From Eubacteriales bacterium (lineage in GTDB: Bacteria > Bacillota > Clostridia > Oscillospirales > CAG-382): a stretch of 64,000 bases of DNA. The position numbers and the translations under genes are program-made. The notes under the pieces were generated by a model. The model had not been told where the DNA came from and searched no databases. It saw only the letters and a program-made list of their open reading frames with translations. Numbering within the stretch: the first letter of the stretch is position 1; every line of letters begins with the position of its first letter. Below are positions 1 to 10,180 of this stretch, piece by piece. Location: NCBI GenBank assembly GCA_045592105.1, contig JAZNUB010000069.1:28141-92140 (forward strand). The letters are read 5' to 3'.

Positions 1-1
1 T

Positions 2-547
2 TGCGTTGAATATTTGGATATCTTTAAGCCGCTTCTCGGCGAAGCAAACAACCGTGCAGAGGAGTTTAGCATTTTAGAACGGCAACAGGCTACGTTTAGG
101 CTGGCGGCGTTTTTTGCCTTGTACGGTGGAAAAAATGGTGCTTTGCCTTTGATAAAAGGCTTAAAGCCCGATAAAGAAACGGCTTTTTTAGTGTGCGCCG
201 CAACGGATGCTGTTTATAGCAACGCGCTTTCCTCTGCCGAGGATATAGCGTTTACCGTTAGCAAATACGGTGCCTTTGTTTTTGGCTGTATGTTGGATTT
301 TGCGCGGTCGCTTGGGTGCAAGGTGTATTCAAAAGCGGATGCTTTGCTTCCCTTGTTGCAAAGCAACAGCCTGCCGCGCTCTGTAAGCGAGCTAAGGGTA
401 GGCGGCAACGAGCTTATTGCTTTAGGAATTAAAGCAGGGAACGATATTGGCAGGGTGTTAAACCACCTGTTCGTTCAATGCTATAAAGGGCTTCCTAACG
501 AAAAGGCTTTACTTATTCAAGCGGCAACTGATTATTATTTTAATTAG
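2..547 (+). CDS. 3' fragment of a CCA-adding enzyme / poly(A) polymerase-family tRNA nucleotidyltransferase (N-terminus lies left of the window)
   Basis: The frame is open to the window edge, so the track start TTG at 14 is probably internal. The tail LRVGGNELIALGIKAGNDIGRVLNHL...NEKALL resembles the C-terminal domain of Firmicute CCA enzymes. Recall only; no catalytic motif is visible here. Confidence 0.45.
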   Translation, partial: CVEYLDIFKPLLGEANNRAEEFSILERQQATFRLAAFFALYGGKNGALPLIKGLKPDKETAFLVCAATDAVYSNALSSAEDIAFTVSKYGAFVFGCMLDFARSLGCKVYSKADALLPLLQSNSLPRSVSELRVGGNELIALGIKAGNDIGRVLNHLFVQCYKGLPNEKALLIQAATDYYFN

Positions 548-562
548 GGGAAGGGTTTTAAA

Positions 563-1540
563 ATGAAAAGACTATTAGCGTTATTAATTTGTATTTCCGT
601 TTGCGCTTTGGCGTTTACGGCTTGTGTTTCTATAGAAATGAATGATGATAGCAGTACAAGCGAAGCTTCGAATGGCGCAAGTGAAGCAACAAGTGTTGAC
701 GAAAGTGTAGATATATCTAAGGAGCAGGAGCCTTCTTCCGAGGACGAAACCTCGGAAATACCCGTGTATGCGCCAATATATCCGGAGAACTATGAGGAAC
801 GCGTTGCGTATTACTCAAATATGAGCTTAAAAGCAGACGTGAATGACGTGTACTTTAATAATTCTGTATTTGTGGGTAACTCCATAATGCTTCATTACAA
901 AAACTACGTTACCGCAAATAGAGCAACCGTTCCCGAGCTTCTTGGAAACGCAAGCTTCTTTGCCGCGGCAAGCTTTAGCCTTTATAACAATAAGCACCAA
1001 AAGCCTACCGATGCTGATTGTGCTTTGCCCGTATTCCGTGGTGAAAAGCTAACTATAAAGCAAGCGGTAGAAGCTATGGAGGCAAAAACTGTATACCTTT
1101 CGCTGATGGCATTAAACGACATTGCGCTGTATAAGGACGGTACAACGGGTATTGAAGAAACCTACAAGCTGTTTACGGAGCTTGTAGAGGATTTAAAGGT
1201 AAGCAATGCAGAGCTTAATATAGTTGTTATGGGGAACACATATTTGCACAAAAGCTCTTCGGGTATGAAAAAGCTTAATAACGGTACGGTGCAAACGCTT
1301 AATACAAGGGTGCTTAACTATTGCAACGATAAGGGCTATGACTTTATCGACGTTGCGGAAGTTCTTCTTGATGCGGATAACTGTTTGGGAACTGAGTTTT
1401 GCAGCGACATAGGAGCTTCCGTTGCGTGCCATCTTAACCCAACCGCCTATAATGCTTGGACGGAGATCCTGCGTGACTATGCCGCTAAAAAGGCAGAGGG
1501 GCGCTGGGCAAACCCAACAGAGCTTAAGCCCATCGCTTAA
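563..1540 (+). CDS. Putative lipoprotein, SGNH/DltD-like hydrolase fold (tentative)
   Basis: RBS GGGAAGG lies before ATG 563. There is a signal peptide with lipobox LAFTAC and an acidic Ser/Glu-rich linker. The block VFVGNSIMLHY resembles SGNH block I. Confidence 0.55.
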   Translation: MKRLLALLICISVCALAFTACVSIEMNDDSSTSEASNGASEATSVDESVDISKEQEPSSEDETSEIPVYAPIYPENYEERVAYYSNMSLKADVNDVYFNNSVFVGNSIMLHYKNYVTANRATVPELLGNASFFAAASFSLYNNKHQKPTDADCALPVFRGEKLTIKQAVEAMEAKTVYLSLMALNDIALYKDGTTGIEETYKLFTELVEDLKVSNAELNIVVMGNTYLHKSSSGMKKLNNGTVQTLNTRVLNYCNDKGYDFIDVAEVLLDADNCLGTEFCSDIGASVACHLNPTAYNAWTEILRDYAAKKAEGRWANPTELKPIA

Positions 1541-1557
1541 TTAAGATATTATAACTA

Positions 1558-1596
1558 AAGCCCTTAAGCATCCAATTGGAGCTTAAGGGCTTTTTG
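1558..1596. terminator. Bidirectional rho-independent terminator between convergent genes
   Basis: GCCCTTAAGC / GCTTAAGGGC 10-bp stem, A-run before and TTTTT after. Confidence 0.75.
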
Positions 1597-1608
1597 TAGT
1601 TAAAAAGG

Positions 1609-2100
1609 CTATTCTTCAACCGTTATTTTTGTTATAACGGGTTGCCTATCAAAGGGAACGGTGCCGTTACCGTCTATCGGGCGCACAAGCTTTGCGATAG
1701 CATCCACAGAATCCATGCCGTCGATAACGTGACCGAAAGCCGCGTACTGCCCATCCAAAAACGTTGCATCCTCATGAACGATAAAGAACTGGCTGGAGGC
1801 GCTGTTGAAATCCGAAGCGCGAGCCATTGATATAACACCGCGTTTATGAGAAATGGGGTTGTTTACTCCGTTTATCAAAAACTCACCTTTAATGTTTTCA
1901 TCACTACCGCCCATACCGTTATGCAACGGGTCACCGCCTTGAATCATAAACCCTGAAATAATGCGGTGGAAAGTAAGCCCATCGTAAAACCCGCTTTTTA
2001 CAAGCTTTATAAAATTAGCACTTGTAATAGGTGCGTTTACCTCGTCAAGCTCAAGCCTTATTTCGCCAAAGCCTTCTATTTGCATTAAAATCTTTGCCAT
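1609..2100 (-). CDS. ppiB: Peptidyl-prolyl cis-trans isomerase, cyclophilin type
   Basis: Motifs FHRIISGFMIQGGDP and SMARA..NSASSQFFI. Start trimmed to MAKILMQ (ATG at 2100) with GGAGGAAAAT just upstream; the track extension to 2232 overlaps upp. Confidence 0.9.
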   Translation of the reverse strand: MAKILMQIEGFGEIRLELDEVNAPITSANFIKLVKSGFYDGLTFHRIISGFMIQGGDPLHNGMGGSDENIKGEFLINGVNNPISHKRGVISMARASDFNSASSQFFIVHEDATFLDGQYAAFGHVIDGMDSVDAIAKLVRPIDGNGTVPFDRQPVITKITVEE

Positions 2101-2116
2101 ATTTTCCTCCAAAAGC

Positions 2117-2746
2117 TTATTTTGTGCCAAACAGTCTATCGCCCGCATCACCCAAACCGGGAACGATATAGCAATGCTCGTTAAGCTTTTCATCCAGCGC
2201 GGCGGTATAGATATCAACGTCGGGATGGTCATTCTGAACGCGCTTTACACCCTCAGGCGCGGAAACCAAGCACATAAGACGTATGTTCTTACAGCCCTTT
2301 TCTTTAAGCATACTGATAGCATCGGAAGCACTGCCACCTGTTGCAAGCATAGGGTCGCACACAACAACGATACGTTCTTGGATATCAACGGGAAGCTTGC
2401 AGTAATAAACAACGGGTGTATGCGTTTCGGGATCGCGATACAAGCCTATATGCCCAACCTTTGCAACGGGCAACAGCTTTAAAAGCCCATCAACCATGCC
2501 AAGACCTGCACGAAGGATAGGTACTATTGCGAGCTTTTTACCCGCTATCTTTTTGCCAACCATTTTCGTCATAGGAGTTTCAATATTAACGTCACAAAGC
2601 GGAAAATCTCTTGTAACCTCATACCCCATTAGCATGGATATCTCATCAAGAAGGATGCGAAAATCCTTTGCACCTGTGTTTTTGTCACGCATGATGGTAA
2701 GCTTGTGCTGAACAAGCGGATGATTAACGATATGTAAATTTCCCAT
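2117..2746 (-). CDS. upp: Uracil phosphoribosyltransferase
   Basis: [36 protein letters not shown] and [12 protein letters not shown] are the Upp signatures. Start at MGNLHIV (2746) with AAGGAGC RBS. Confidence 0.92.
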   Translation of the reverse strand: MGNLHIVNHPLVQHKLTIMRDKNTGAKDFRILLDEISMLMGYEVTRDFPLCDVNIETPMTKMVGKKIAGKKLAIVPILRAGLGMVDGLLKLLPVAKVGHIGLYRDPETHTPVVYYCKLPVDIQERIVVVCDPMLATGGSASDAISMLKEKGCKNIRLMCLVSAPEGVKRVQNDHPDVDIYTAALDEKLNEHCYIVPGLGDAGDRLFGTK

Positions 2747-2868
2747 AATTATAGCTCCTTTGTTTTTTACTATCGTCATTATATTACAATTATTCACATT
2801 TTTCAAGGGCTTTAAACACAAAAAATACGGAGGGCGAACATTTTCACTCTCCGTATTTATATAACTCA

Positions 2869-4542
2869 TTATTTATTACTGTTAATAGCGTTCCTCTTTA
2901 TCTTTTTAGAGGAGGTTTTGGGGAATTCCTCATCGCGTATAACAACCTTGTTAATGTGCTTGTAGCTGGGAAGCTCCTTCAACGCGGCAGATATATCAGC
3001 CTTGAAAACGTCCTCGGGCTTGCCTGTTTTGGGGATAAGGTCCATATCAAGATAGCCCTCTGCACAAAGCGCGGTTTCGGCACCGTTTTCGTCCTTGATG
3101 GAATATACAACGGCATCCTTAACGTAGGGGATAGCGTATATATAGCCCTCAATCTCTTCGGGGAAAATGTTCTTACCGTTATCAAGCACGATAAGGTTCT
3201 TTTTTCTGCCCGTGATATAAAGCTTGTTGTTGGTGAAATGCCCAAGGTCGCCCGTGTTAAACCAACCGTCCTTAAGCACCTCTGCGGTTTGATCGGGTGC
3301 TTTAAAGTAGCCAAGCATTACAATGTCACCTTTAACGCAAATCTCGCCGTTTCCGTCCTCATCGGGGTTTTCTATCTTAAGCTGCAAGCAGGGAAGAATT
3401 GCACCAACGGAGGAAAAATCGTTATCAACAGCTTGGTTTACGGACACAAGCGGAGAACACTCAGTTATACCGTAGCCGTTTTCCATCTCAATGCCGATGC
3501 TTGTAAAAAACTCGCCAACCTCTGCTCTAAGCGGTGCGCCGCCGCATACTATCTGCCTAAGCTCGCCGCCAAAGCTGTCTATAATCTGCTTAAAGAATTT
3601 GCGGCGCAAATCTATGCCCACTTTTCTAAGAACGTTAGAAACCTTAATAAGCTTTCTTACCGTGCCTGCCTTGCCTTTTTCCTCAAGCACAGCCCAAACG
3701 CGCTTATAAAACAGCTCTGCAAACGCGGGCACAACGAAAATGTAAACGGGCTTATAAAGCTGAAGATTGGTAAGCACTGCACGCAAAGAGTCGTTTATGC
3801 AGATGCAGTTGTGCTTGTGTATGCTAACAAGTATACCGATAACGGATTCGTAGGTATGATGATAGGGAAGCACGGAAAGGCAACGCTCCTTAACGCTTTC
3901 AACCATCAAGCCGTAATATATTGCAGAACGCAGATTGTGCTGGGAAAGCATAACACCCTTGGGGTTACCCGTTGTGCCGGAGGTGTAAACCAAAAGCTTA
4001 AGCTCCATATCGGGGCTTGTTGCCGCCAAATATTCGTTGTAGCCATCGTTGGTTAGCTTTTCGCCTTCCTTAAGCAAAGAGGTAAGGGAAGTGCCCTCCT
4101 CTGCGTTAAGGCAAACAACAAGCTTAACGTTTGCAAGCTCTTCTTTATCAGAGTTGAATAAGGGCAAATAGGCTTTATCGCAGAACACAACAACACTTTC
4201 GCTGTGGCTAACAACGGTAAGCATATCCTTTTCGGGCATATCCTTGTCAATAGGCACAAAAACGTTCTGCCCGCAAAGCGTGCTTAAATACGCAACAAGC
4301 CAGCTATAGCTGTTGGCACCAACGCAAGCTATGTGGCAGCCCTTAACAAAGCCTCTTTTTGCAAGCGCGTTGCCAAGGTTAAGCGTTTGATTGTAAAACT
4401 CCTTTGCGCTAACGTCAACAACGTTGCCGCCATTTTTGTATTTAAAAAGCGTTTTGTCCCCCATAGCGGAAACAGCCTTTTGCAGCATATCGCGTATGGA
4501 ATCAATAGGTTCAACGTGATTGTACTTAATCTTTTTAGCCAT
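2869..4542 (-). CDS. Long-chain-fatty-acid--CoA ligase (AMP-dependent synthetase/ligase)
   Basis: AMP-binding motif [24 protein letters not shown], and TGDLG...GRKKNLI. Start at MAKKIKY (4542) preceded by GGAGGAC. Confidence 0.85.
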   Translation of the reverse strand: MAKKIKYNHVEPIDSIRDMLQKAVSAMGDKTLFKYKNGGNVVDVSAKEFYNQTLNLGNALAKRGFVKGCHIACVGANSYSWLVAYLSTLCGQNVFVPIDKDMPEKDMLTVVSHSESVVVFCDKAYLPLFNSDKEELANVKLVVCLNAEEGTSLTSLLKEGEKLTNDGYNEYLAATSPDMELKLLVYTSGTTGNPKGVMLSQHNLRSAIYYGLMVESVKERCLSVLPYHHTYESVIGILVSIHKHNCICINDSLRAVLTNLQLYKPVYIFVVPAFAELFYKRVWAVLEEKGKAGTVRKLIKVSNVLRKVGIDLRRKFFKQIIDSFGGELRQIVCGGAPLRAEVGEFFTSIGIEMENGYGITECSPLVSVNQAVDNDFSSVGAILPCLQLKIENPDEDGNGEICVKGDIVMLGYFKAPDQTAEVLKDGWFNTGDLGHFTNNKLYITGRKKNLIVLDNGKNIFPEEIEGYIYAIPYVKDAVVYSIKDENGAETALCAEGYLDMDLIPKTGKPEDVFKADISAALKELPSYKHINKVVIRDEEFPKTSSKKIKRNAINSNK

Positions 4543-4641
4543 AACGTCCTCCAAACAAGTCTATCTAATATCAAAAACTATTATAAATGATTACAACAAC
4601 TATGTCAATAGATATATTGAACATTGTTAAACATTTTTTTA

Positions 4642-4670
4642 TTGACTAAAATTGACAAAAGTGCTACAAT
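4642..4670 (+). promoter_or_regulatory. Sigma-A type promoter (TTGACT-17-TACAAT)
   Basis: TTGACT 4642-4647, exact 17-nt spacer, TACAAT 4665-4670, about 30 nt upstream of the ATG at 4700. Confidence 0.6.
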
Positions 4671-4699
4671 CAGTAATAATGAAAGCGAGGTTATAAGCT

Positions 4700-5212
4700 A
4701 TGATGAACTTTAAAGACGTTGCCGCATACCGCGCTCCAAGATGGAACAGTATGCCGGATATAGATTTGTATATGGATCAGGTGCTTGTGGTATTGGATAA
4801 ATACCTTTCCATATTTAAGGAAAACGATGATGAAAAAATTGTTACATCGGCTATGATAAACAACTACGTTAAGCAAAAGATAACGCCTGCACCCGTTAAT
4901 AAAAAATACACGCGTTATCATATAGCGTTTATATACGTTGTATGCGTGCTGAAGAATTATATTAGTCTTTCCGATACCTGTAACGGCATAAACGTTTTGC
5001 TTAAAGGGCGTCATACGTCAGAAGCGTTTGATATGTTCTGTGAGGAGTTTGACAGCGCGCTGGACGAAGCTTTTAGCGGCAAAAGCGCAAAAAGACAGTT
5101 TCCTGAAACCGACGAGGGGAAGATACTGCACGCTGTAACCACCGCGATAGCAAATATGCTATACGTTAAGTGTATGGTGGCGGAAAAGGCAAAGCAAACA
5201 GAAGAACAATAA
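4700..5212 (+). CDS. DUF1836 family protein
   Basis: MPDIDLYMDQV...VTSAMINNYVKQKI.PAP..KKYTRYHIA matches my recollection of the DUF1836 signature. Function unknown. Confidence 0.7.
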   Translation: MMNFKDVAAYRAPRWNSMPDIDLYMDQVLVVLDKYLSIFKENDDEKIVTSAMINNYVKQKITPAPVNKKYTRYHIAFIYVVCVLKNYISLSDTCNGINVLLKGRHTSEAFDMFCEEFDSALDEAFSGKSAKRQFPETDEGKILHAVTTAIANMLYVKCMVAEKAKQTEEQ

Positions 5213-5218
5213 AAGGCG

Positions 5219-5701
5219 GTGTACGGCGTGACAAAGACTAATGCAATGCGTATGCTTGATGCGGCAGGGATAGAATACACAAGCTATGAATACGAGTGGG
5301 ACGAAAACGACCTTTCCGGCACAAAGGTTGCTATGCAAATAGGGCTACCCTGTGAAATGGTGTTTAAAACCTTGGTTGCAAAGGGTGATAAAACGGGCTT
5401 TTGCGTGTTTTGCATCCCCGTTGAGGCAGAGCTGGATCTTAAGCTGGCGGCAAAGCATAGCGGAAACAAAAGGGTAGAGCTTCTTCACGTAAAGGAGCTG
5501 CTTCCCACAACGGGCTATATCCGCGGCGGCTGTTCTCCTATCGGGATGAAAAAAAGCTTTCCAACGTATTTCGACGAAACGGTTATATTATTTGACGATA
5601 TAACCGTAAGCGCGGGCGTTCGCGGATGCCAGCTTCGCGTTAATGCCGAAAAAATGATTGAGTATCTGGGAGGGATGGTATGTCCCCTTACAATGGAGTA
5701 A
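5219..5701 (+). CDS. ybaK: Cys-tRNA(Pro)/Cys-tRNA(Cys) deacylase, YbaK/EbsC family
   Basis: TNAMRMLD..GI.Y..YEY, FKTLV and GGCSPIG motifs, about 158 aa. The exact start (GTG 5219 or GTG 5228) is uncertain. Confidence 0.85.
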   Translation: MYGVTKTNAMRMLDAAGIEYTSYEYEWDENDLSGTKVAMQIGLPCEMVFKTLVAKGDKTGFCVFCIPVEAELDLKLAAKHSGNKRVELLHVKELLPTTGYIRGGCSPIGMKKSFPTYFDETVILFDDITVSAGVRGCQLRVNAEKMIEYLGGMVCPLTME

Positions 5702-6561
5702 ATGAGTATTATCGCCGCCGTTTTGGGTGCAAGGTATATAAGCTTGCGCTGGACGGCGGCTTTACCTGCCCTAATCGTGACGGTACTTTGGATACAAGAG
5801 GTTGCATATTTTGCCTTGGCGGAAGCGGTAGCTTTGCGGAACGCTGTGTTAATACAGAGGATATCAAAACGCAGATAGAAAACGCCAAGCATAAAGTAAA
5901 CGCCAAAATGCAAGAAGGGAAGTATATTGCGTATTTCCAAGCCTATACAAGCACCTACGGTAGCGTTGAGTATATGGAAAAGCTATACCGCGCCGTTCTG
6001 GAGATAGACGATATAGTGGCTTTATCCATCGGCACACGGCCGGACTGTGTTCCGCCCGAGGTTTTGGATATGTTGCTTAGGCTTAACGATATAAAGCCCG
6101 TTACCGTGGAGCTTGGATTGCAAACGATACACGAAAAAAGCATTGAATACATACGCCGCGGCTATGATAACGAGTGTTATGTTCAAACCGCAAAGCGTTT
6201 GAACGAAAAGGGGATAGAGGTAGTAGCGCATATAATCTTGGGGCTACCCGACGAAACGGAGCAGATGATGCTTCAAAGCGTAGAGCTTGCGTGCCGTTAC
6301 AGCCAAGGGATAAAGCTACAGCTTTTGCACGTGCTTAGCGGTACAGACCTTGCTTTGGACTATGAAAACGGAAAATTCAGCGTTATGAATATGGAGCAGT
6401 ACGTTGCGTTGGTGAAAAAATGCGTTGATATCATCCCGCCTAACGTTGTGATACATAGATTAACAGGGGATGGCGACAAACGCCATTTGATAGCCCCTAT
6501 GTGGAGCGCGGATAAAAAACGTGTTCTTAACGCCTTGAACAATGCTTTAATAAAAAGCTAA
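5680..6561 (+). CDS. TIGR01212-family radical SAM protein
   Basis: YYRRRFGCKVYKLALDGGFTCPNRDGTLDTRGCIFC is the atypical radical-SAM Cys cluster of TIGR01212. It overlaps the ybaK end by 22 nt. Confidence 0.85.
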   Translation: MSPYNGVNEYYRRRFGCKVYKLALDGGFTCPNRDGTLDTRGCIFCLGGSGSFAERCVNTEDIKTQIENAKHKVNAKMQEGKYIAYFQAYTSTYGSVEYMEKLYRAVLEIDDIVALSIGTRPDCVPPEVLDMLLRLNDIKPVTVELGLQTIHEKSIEYIRRGYDNECYVQTAKRLNEKGIEVVAHIILGLPDETEQMMLQSVELACRYSQGIKLQLLHVLSGTDLALDYENGKFSVMNMEQYVALVKKCVDIIPPNVVIHRLTGDGDKRHLIAPMWSADKKRVLNALNNALIKS

Positions 6562-6597
6562 AGCCATCGGTTCAAAGTCCGGTGGCTTTAGCTTTTT
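6560..6597. terminator. Rho-independent terminator between convergent genes
   Basis: AAGCCATCGG / CCGGTGGCTT stem with one G-U pair, followed by a T-run. Confidence 0.65.
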
Positions 6598-6611
6598 ATA
6601 ATATAATGTTT

Positions 6612-8372
6612 TTAAAGGCTTTCTATAATACCCGCATCGTATTTTAAAATCATTGCGGCATCAAGGTTGTCCGAGGCACCGTCGTTATTAACGTCTGCCA
6701 ACGTCTCGTCCACGTTTTCGATTATACCTGCATCGTATTTCAAAATCATTGCGGCATCAAGGTTATCAACCTCACCATCGCCGTTTACGTCGCCTTTGGT
6801 GTAGTTCGATTTAAATACTATATTTGCGTTTTCAAGAGGTTCGTTAGCATACGCAATAGATATTTGCTGCCATTCTTCCTCAGTCCCACCGTAATACACA
6901 GTTTCAAGCGAGGTGCAGCCATCGAACGCATATTCACCGATACTTGTCACACTATTCGGAATGGTTATGCTTGTAAGCGAGGTGCAGTAATCGAACGCCT
7001 CCTCACTAATGCTTGTAACGCTGTTTGGGATAGTGATGCTTGTAAGCGAGGTGCAGGCATAGAACGTATAGACACCAATGCTTGTAATTCTATTCGGAAT
7101 GGTTATGCTTGCAAGCGAAGCGCATTGAGAAAACGCACGCAAACCAATGCTTGTAACGCTATTCGGGATAGTAATGCTCGTAAGCGATCTGCAGTCATAG
7201 AACGCAGTGTCCGCAATCAATTTTGTTCCGGGTTTAAACGTGAACTCACCTTCAAAATCGCTACTAACTTCAATTAAACAGTTATCAATGTATAATACTC
7301 CATTTTCCCAATTGTTTTCATCGTTATAATAATCTGTGTTATAGAACACATCCTCACCAATGCTTGTAACGCTATCTGGGATAGTGATGCTTGTAAGCGA
7401 GTTGCAGGAATAGAACGCATAGTTACCAATGCTTATAACGCTATTCGGAATGGTTATGCTTGTAAGCGAGTTGCAGTCATAGAACGCAGAGCCGGCAATC
7501 AATTTTGTTCCGGGTTTAAACGTGAACTCACCTTCAAAATCGCTACTAACTTCAATTAAACAGTTATCAATGTATAATACTCCATTTTCCCAATTACTTG
7601 CATCGTTGTAATAAGCGGTCCCATTAAACGCACTGGAACCAATGCCTGTAACGCTATACGGGATAGTTATGCTTGTAAGAGAAGTGCAGTTACCGAACGC
7701 ATAAAGACCAATACTTGTAACGCTATTCGGAATGGTTATGCTTGTAAGCGAGTTGCAGTCATAGAACGCATAGTCACTAATGCTTGTAACGCTATCAGGG
7801 ATAGTGACGCTTGTAAGCGAGGTGCAGTCATCGAACACAGACCGACCAATGTTTGTAACGCTATCAGGGATAGTGACGCTTGTAAGTGAGGTGCAGTTCT
7901 CTAACGCAGAGGCACAGATGCTTGTAACGCTATTCGGAATGGTTATGCTTGTAAGCGAGGTGCAGTCAAAAAACGTAGAGTAACCAATTCTTGTAACGCT
8001 GTTAGGGATAGTTATGCTTGTAAGCGAGGTGCAGCCAAAGAACGCATTGTCATCAATACTTGTAACGCTATTGGGGATAGTAAGGCTTGTAAGCGAGGAG
8101 CAGCCTTTGAACGCATTCACACCAATGCTTGTAACGCCATCGTTTATAACAACGGTCTTTATTTCATCGCTGTATTGTTTCCATGCATCACCATAGGGAT
8201 AAGAAACATAATCCATCTCGCCTTCGCCGCTTATGGTAAGGGTGCCTTCGTCATCAAGAACCCAATCAAGGCTTCCCCAAGTGCCGTTTGCTTCTGTTGC
8301 CGCAGTAGCAGGAACGGTTAGAGAGCCGACGATGATTAAAACAAAAAGTAATAAGCTAACAACTCTTTTCAT
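6612..8372 (-). CDS. Secreted leucine-rich-repeat (BspA-like) protein with C-terminal tandem dockerin segments
   Basis: Signal peptide [24 protein letters not shown]. About 18 copies of the 22-aa unit [19 protein letters not shown]. The last 60 aa (nt 6615-6794) are two Ca-binding segments, [23 protein letters not shown] and [22 protein letters not shown]. Confidence 0.85.
   Translation of the reverse strand: MKRVVSLLLFVLIIVGSLTVPATAATEANGTWGSLDWVLDDEGTLTISGEGEMDYVSYPYGDAWKQYSDEIKTVVINDGVTSIGVNAFKGCSSLTSLTIPNSVTSIDDNAFFGCTSLTSITIPNSVTRIGYSTFFDCTSLTSITIPNSVTSICASALENCTSLTSVTIPDSVTNIGRSVFDDCTSLTSVTIPDSVTSISDYAFYDCNSLTSITIPNSVTSIGLYAFGNCTSLTSITIPYSVTGIGSSAFNGTAYYNDASNWENGVLYIDNCLIEVSSDFEGEFTFKPGTKLIAGSAFYDCNSLTSITIPNSVISIGNYAFYSCNSLTSITIPDSVTSIGEDVFYNTDYYNDENNWENGVLYIDNCLIEVSSDFEGEFTFKPGTKLIADTAFYDCRSLTSITIPNSVTSIGLRAFSQCASLASITIPNRITSIGVYTFYACTSLTSITIPNSVTSISEEAFDYCTSLTSITIPNSVTSIGEYAFDGCTSLETVYYGGTEEEWQQISIAYANEPLENANIVFKSNYTKGDVNGDGEVDNLDAAMILKYDAGIIENVDETLADVNNDGASDNLDAAMILKYDAGIIESL
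7213..7595 (-). repeat. In-frame 282-bp direct duplication inside the LRR gene
   Basis: 7213-7313 and 7495-7595 are identical over 101 nt (offset 282 nt = 94 aa). They encode [34 protein letters not shown] twice. Confidence 0.9.
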
Positions 8373-8425
8373 AAAAAATTCTCCTTGTGTTTTTTATTGT
8401 TACTTTGCTTTAATTTTGAAATAAG

Positions 8426-8451
8426 CTGTAGCGAGAATCGCTACAGTTTTT
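8426..8451. terminator. Hairpin downstream of the DUF47 gene
   Basis: CTGTAGCG / CGCTACAG stem. TTTTT lies on the + side and only CTTATTT on the - side, so function for the minus-strand operon is less certain. Confidence 0.4.
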
Positions 8452-8466
8452 ATAATTGCGATTAAC

Positions 8467-9096
8467 TTAGGTGTTTTTCATAATAACGCTTTCCATGATA
8501 TCTGCCGCATCCTCACAATAATCAAGGCAGCTTTCAAGGTCTTCGTATATGTTTGTCCATATAATAAGCTCTCTTGTATCCTTTTCGTTGCAGAAAAGGC
8601 CGTGCAACAGCTCGCTGTGAAGGTTATCGCCATCACTTTCAAGCGTGTTTACGTGCACAAGCTTGTCCTTAATAAGCTTGCTGGATTTAAAGCTTCTAAA
8701 CTCCTCCGTAGCTTCCTTAAGCGCGGCGGCACAGCGAACGATAAGCTTGGAAAACCTTAAAGCGCCTTCTTTTATATCGTCCACGTTGTACATATATATG
8801 CGGCGCGTTGTATCGTCCAAAGCATCCACTATATCATCAAGCTTTGCGGAAAGCTGCAATATGTCCTCACGGTCGATAGGCGGCAAAAACTCGTGCATTA
8901 AGCATCTTGTCATATCGTGCCTTGCTATATCTGCGCGGTTCTCAATCTCGTGCATAGCATCCACCTTGGATTGAAAACCGTCACGCTTGAAGCCGGAAAG
9001 CGAGCTGTCAAGATATGCCGCGGCTTCGCAAATTATATCTGCGGTATTGCAGAAATAATCAAAATAGTTGTAATCCTTCTTTTTTTCTCTTGCCAT
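8467..9096 (-). CDS. DUF47 family protein (PhoU-like, Pit accessory)
   Basis: About 205-aa helical protein, NYFDYF...A..L......F......E.....E..AD...H. It sits beside a PiT transporter, which is the classical pairing. Confidence 0.8.
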   Translation of the reverse strand: MAREKKKDYNYFDYFCNTADIICEAAAYLDSSLSGFKRDGFQSKVDAMHEIENRADIARHDMTRCLMHEFLPPIDREDILQLSAKLDDIVDALDDTTRRIYMYNVDDIKEGALRFSKLIVRCAAALKEATEEFRSFKSSKLIKDKLVHVNTLESDGDNLHSELLHGLFCNEKDTRELIIWTNIYEDLESCLDYCEDAADIMESVIMKNT

Positions 9097-9108
9097 TATA
9101 ACGTCCTC

Positions 9109-10167
9109 CTAAAACAGAAGCTGAAAAAGCTTAACCATTAAATATCCTAATAAACCACATCCGGGGAAGGTAAGCACCCAAGCAAGCACCATCTCCTTAA
9201 CAACCTTCCAGTTGATAGCGGAAAGGCGTTTGGAAGCGCCAACACCCATTATTGCAGTTGTTTTCGTGTGCGTGGTACTAACAGGGATACCCGTAACGCT
9301 TGCGATAAGCAAGCAAGCGGCACCGCCCATATCAGCGGCAAAGCCTTGATACGTTTCAAGCTTTACCATATCCATACCAACTGATTTAATAATCTTGTAT
9401 CCGCCGATAGAGGTGCCAAGCGCCATTACAACCGAGCAAAGTATCATAAGCCAAGGCTCGATATCGAAATTAGCAGTAGTATCGCCGCCTTGCATCATCG
9501 TGATGCCAAGCATAAAAACGCCTATGAACTTAAGCCCGTCCTGCGCGCCGTGCATAAACGCCATGGAAGCACCGCCAACAATTTGCGCGCCCTTAAAGAA
9601 CTTAACCGTTTTTATTCTATCCATTCTGCGGCATATTGTTTCTATGATCTTGGTCATTAAAAAGCCCATGCCCAAGCCTAAAACGCTGGAAAGCACCAAG
9701 CCAAGCAAAACCTTGCCCCATTCGGAAAACACAATAGCTTCGGAAAAGCTGTTTTGAAGCGCAATAGCCGCCCCTGTAAGCCCTGCGATAAGCGCGTGGC
9801 TTTCGCTGGTGGGGATACCAAACGCCCAAGCCGCCGTTGCCCATACAACTATAGCAAACAAAGCGGCACACAGTGCCAAGGTTTGGTCGGAGGTGGTAAT
9901 GCTTTCGCTTCTGAAGTTTGCCATGTTCATTATTGTAGAAGCAACCTTTTGGCTAACTATTGACATAACAAAAACGCCCAAAAAGTTAAACACAGCCGCC
10001 ATTAATATTGCCGCCTTCGGCTTCATAGCGCGTGTGGAAACGCAGGTGGCAATAGCGTTTGGGGCATCCGTCCAACCGTTTACAAGGATAACCCCTAAAG
10101 TAAGCACAACCACTATTATCATGGCGGGGTTTTCTACAATTTTACTTATAAATTCAGTAAAACTCAT
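9109..10167 (-). CDS. pit: Inorganic phosphate transporter, PiT family
   Basis: NGWTDAPNAIAT and GIPVSTTHT.T.AIMGVG signature repeats in a polytopic membrane protein. Confidence 0.9.
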   Translation of the reverse strand: MSFTEFISKIVENPAMIIVVVLTLGVILVNGWTDAPNAIATCVSTRAMKPKAAILMAAVFNFLGVFVMSIVSQKVASTIMNMANFRSESITTSDQTLALCAALFAIVVWATAAWAFGIPTSESHALIAGLTGAAIALQNSFSEAIVFSEWGKVLLGLVLSSVLGLGMGFLMTKIIETICRRMDRIKTVKFFKGAQIVGGASMAFMHGAQDGLKFIGVFMLGITMMQGGDTTANFDIEPWLMILCSVVMALGTSIGGYKIIKSVGMDMVKLETYQGFAADMGGAACLLIASVTGIPVSTTHTKTTAIMGVGASKRLSAINWKVVKEMVLAWVLTFPGCGLLGYLMVKLFQLLF

Positions 10168-10180
10168 ATACTACTGTCCT

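Noticed and set aside
1609-2869. Long N-terminal extensions in the track for ppiB (to 2232) and upp (to 2869)
   Set aside because: The extensions overlap the neighbouring gene or promoter region and lack homology-like sequence. Internal ATGs at 2100 and 2746 have strong RBSs and give canonical protein N-termini. The same logic was applied to pepT (16132 to 15985), the oxidoreductase (31321 to 31270), the ACT genes, nagA, the Crp regulator and the methyltransferase.
2956-4056. 366-aa + strand ORF opposite the acyl-CoA synthetase gene
   Set aside because: It lies entirely antisense to a gene with strong AMP-binding motifs. It has no RBS, and its composition (Leu/Val/Lys/Asn-rich with frequent Cys) is typical of the reverse frame of a real gene. 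The shorter overlapping ORFs at 2979-3314, 3491-3709, 4053-4259 and 4329-4590 were rejected for the same reason.
6830-8200. Regular ~66-nt periodic DNA repeats that could superficially resemble a CRISPR array or satellite
   Set aside because: The period is in-frame and encodes 22-aa leucine-rich repeats of one continuous ORF with a signal peptide and dockerin. There are no unique spacers.
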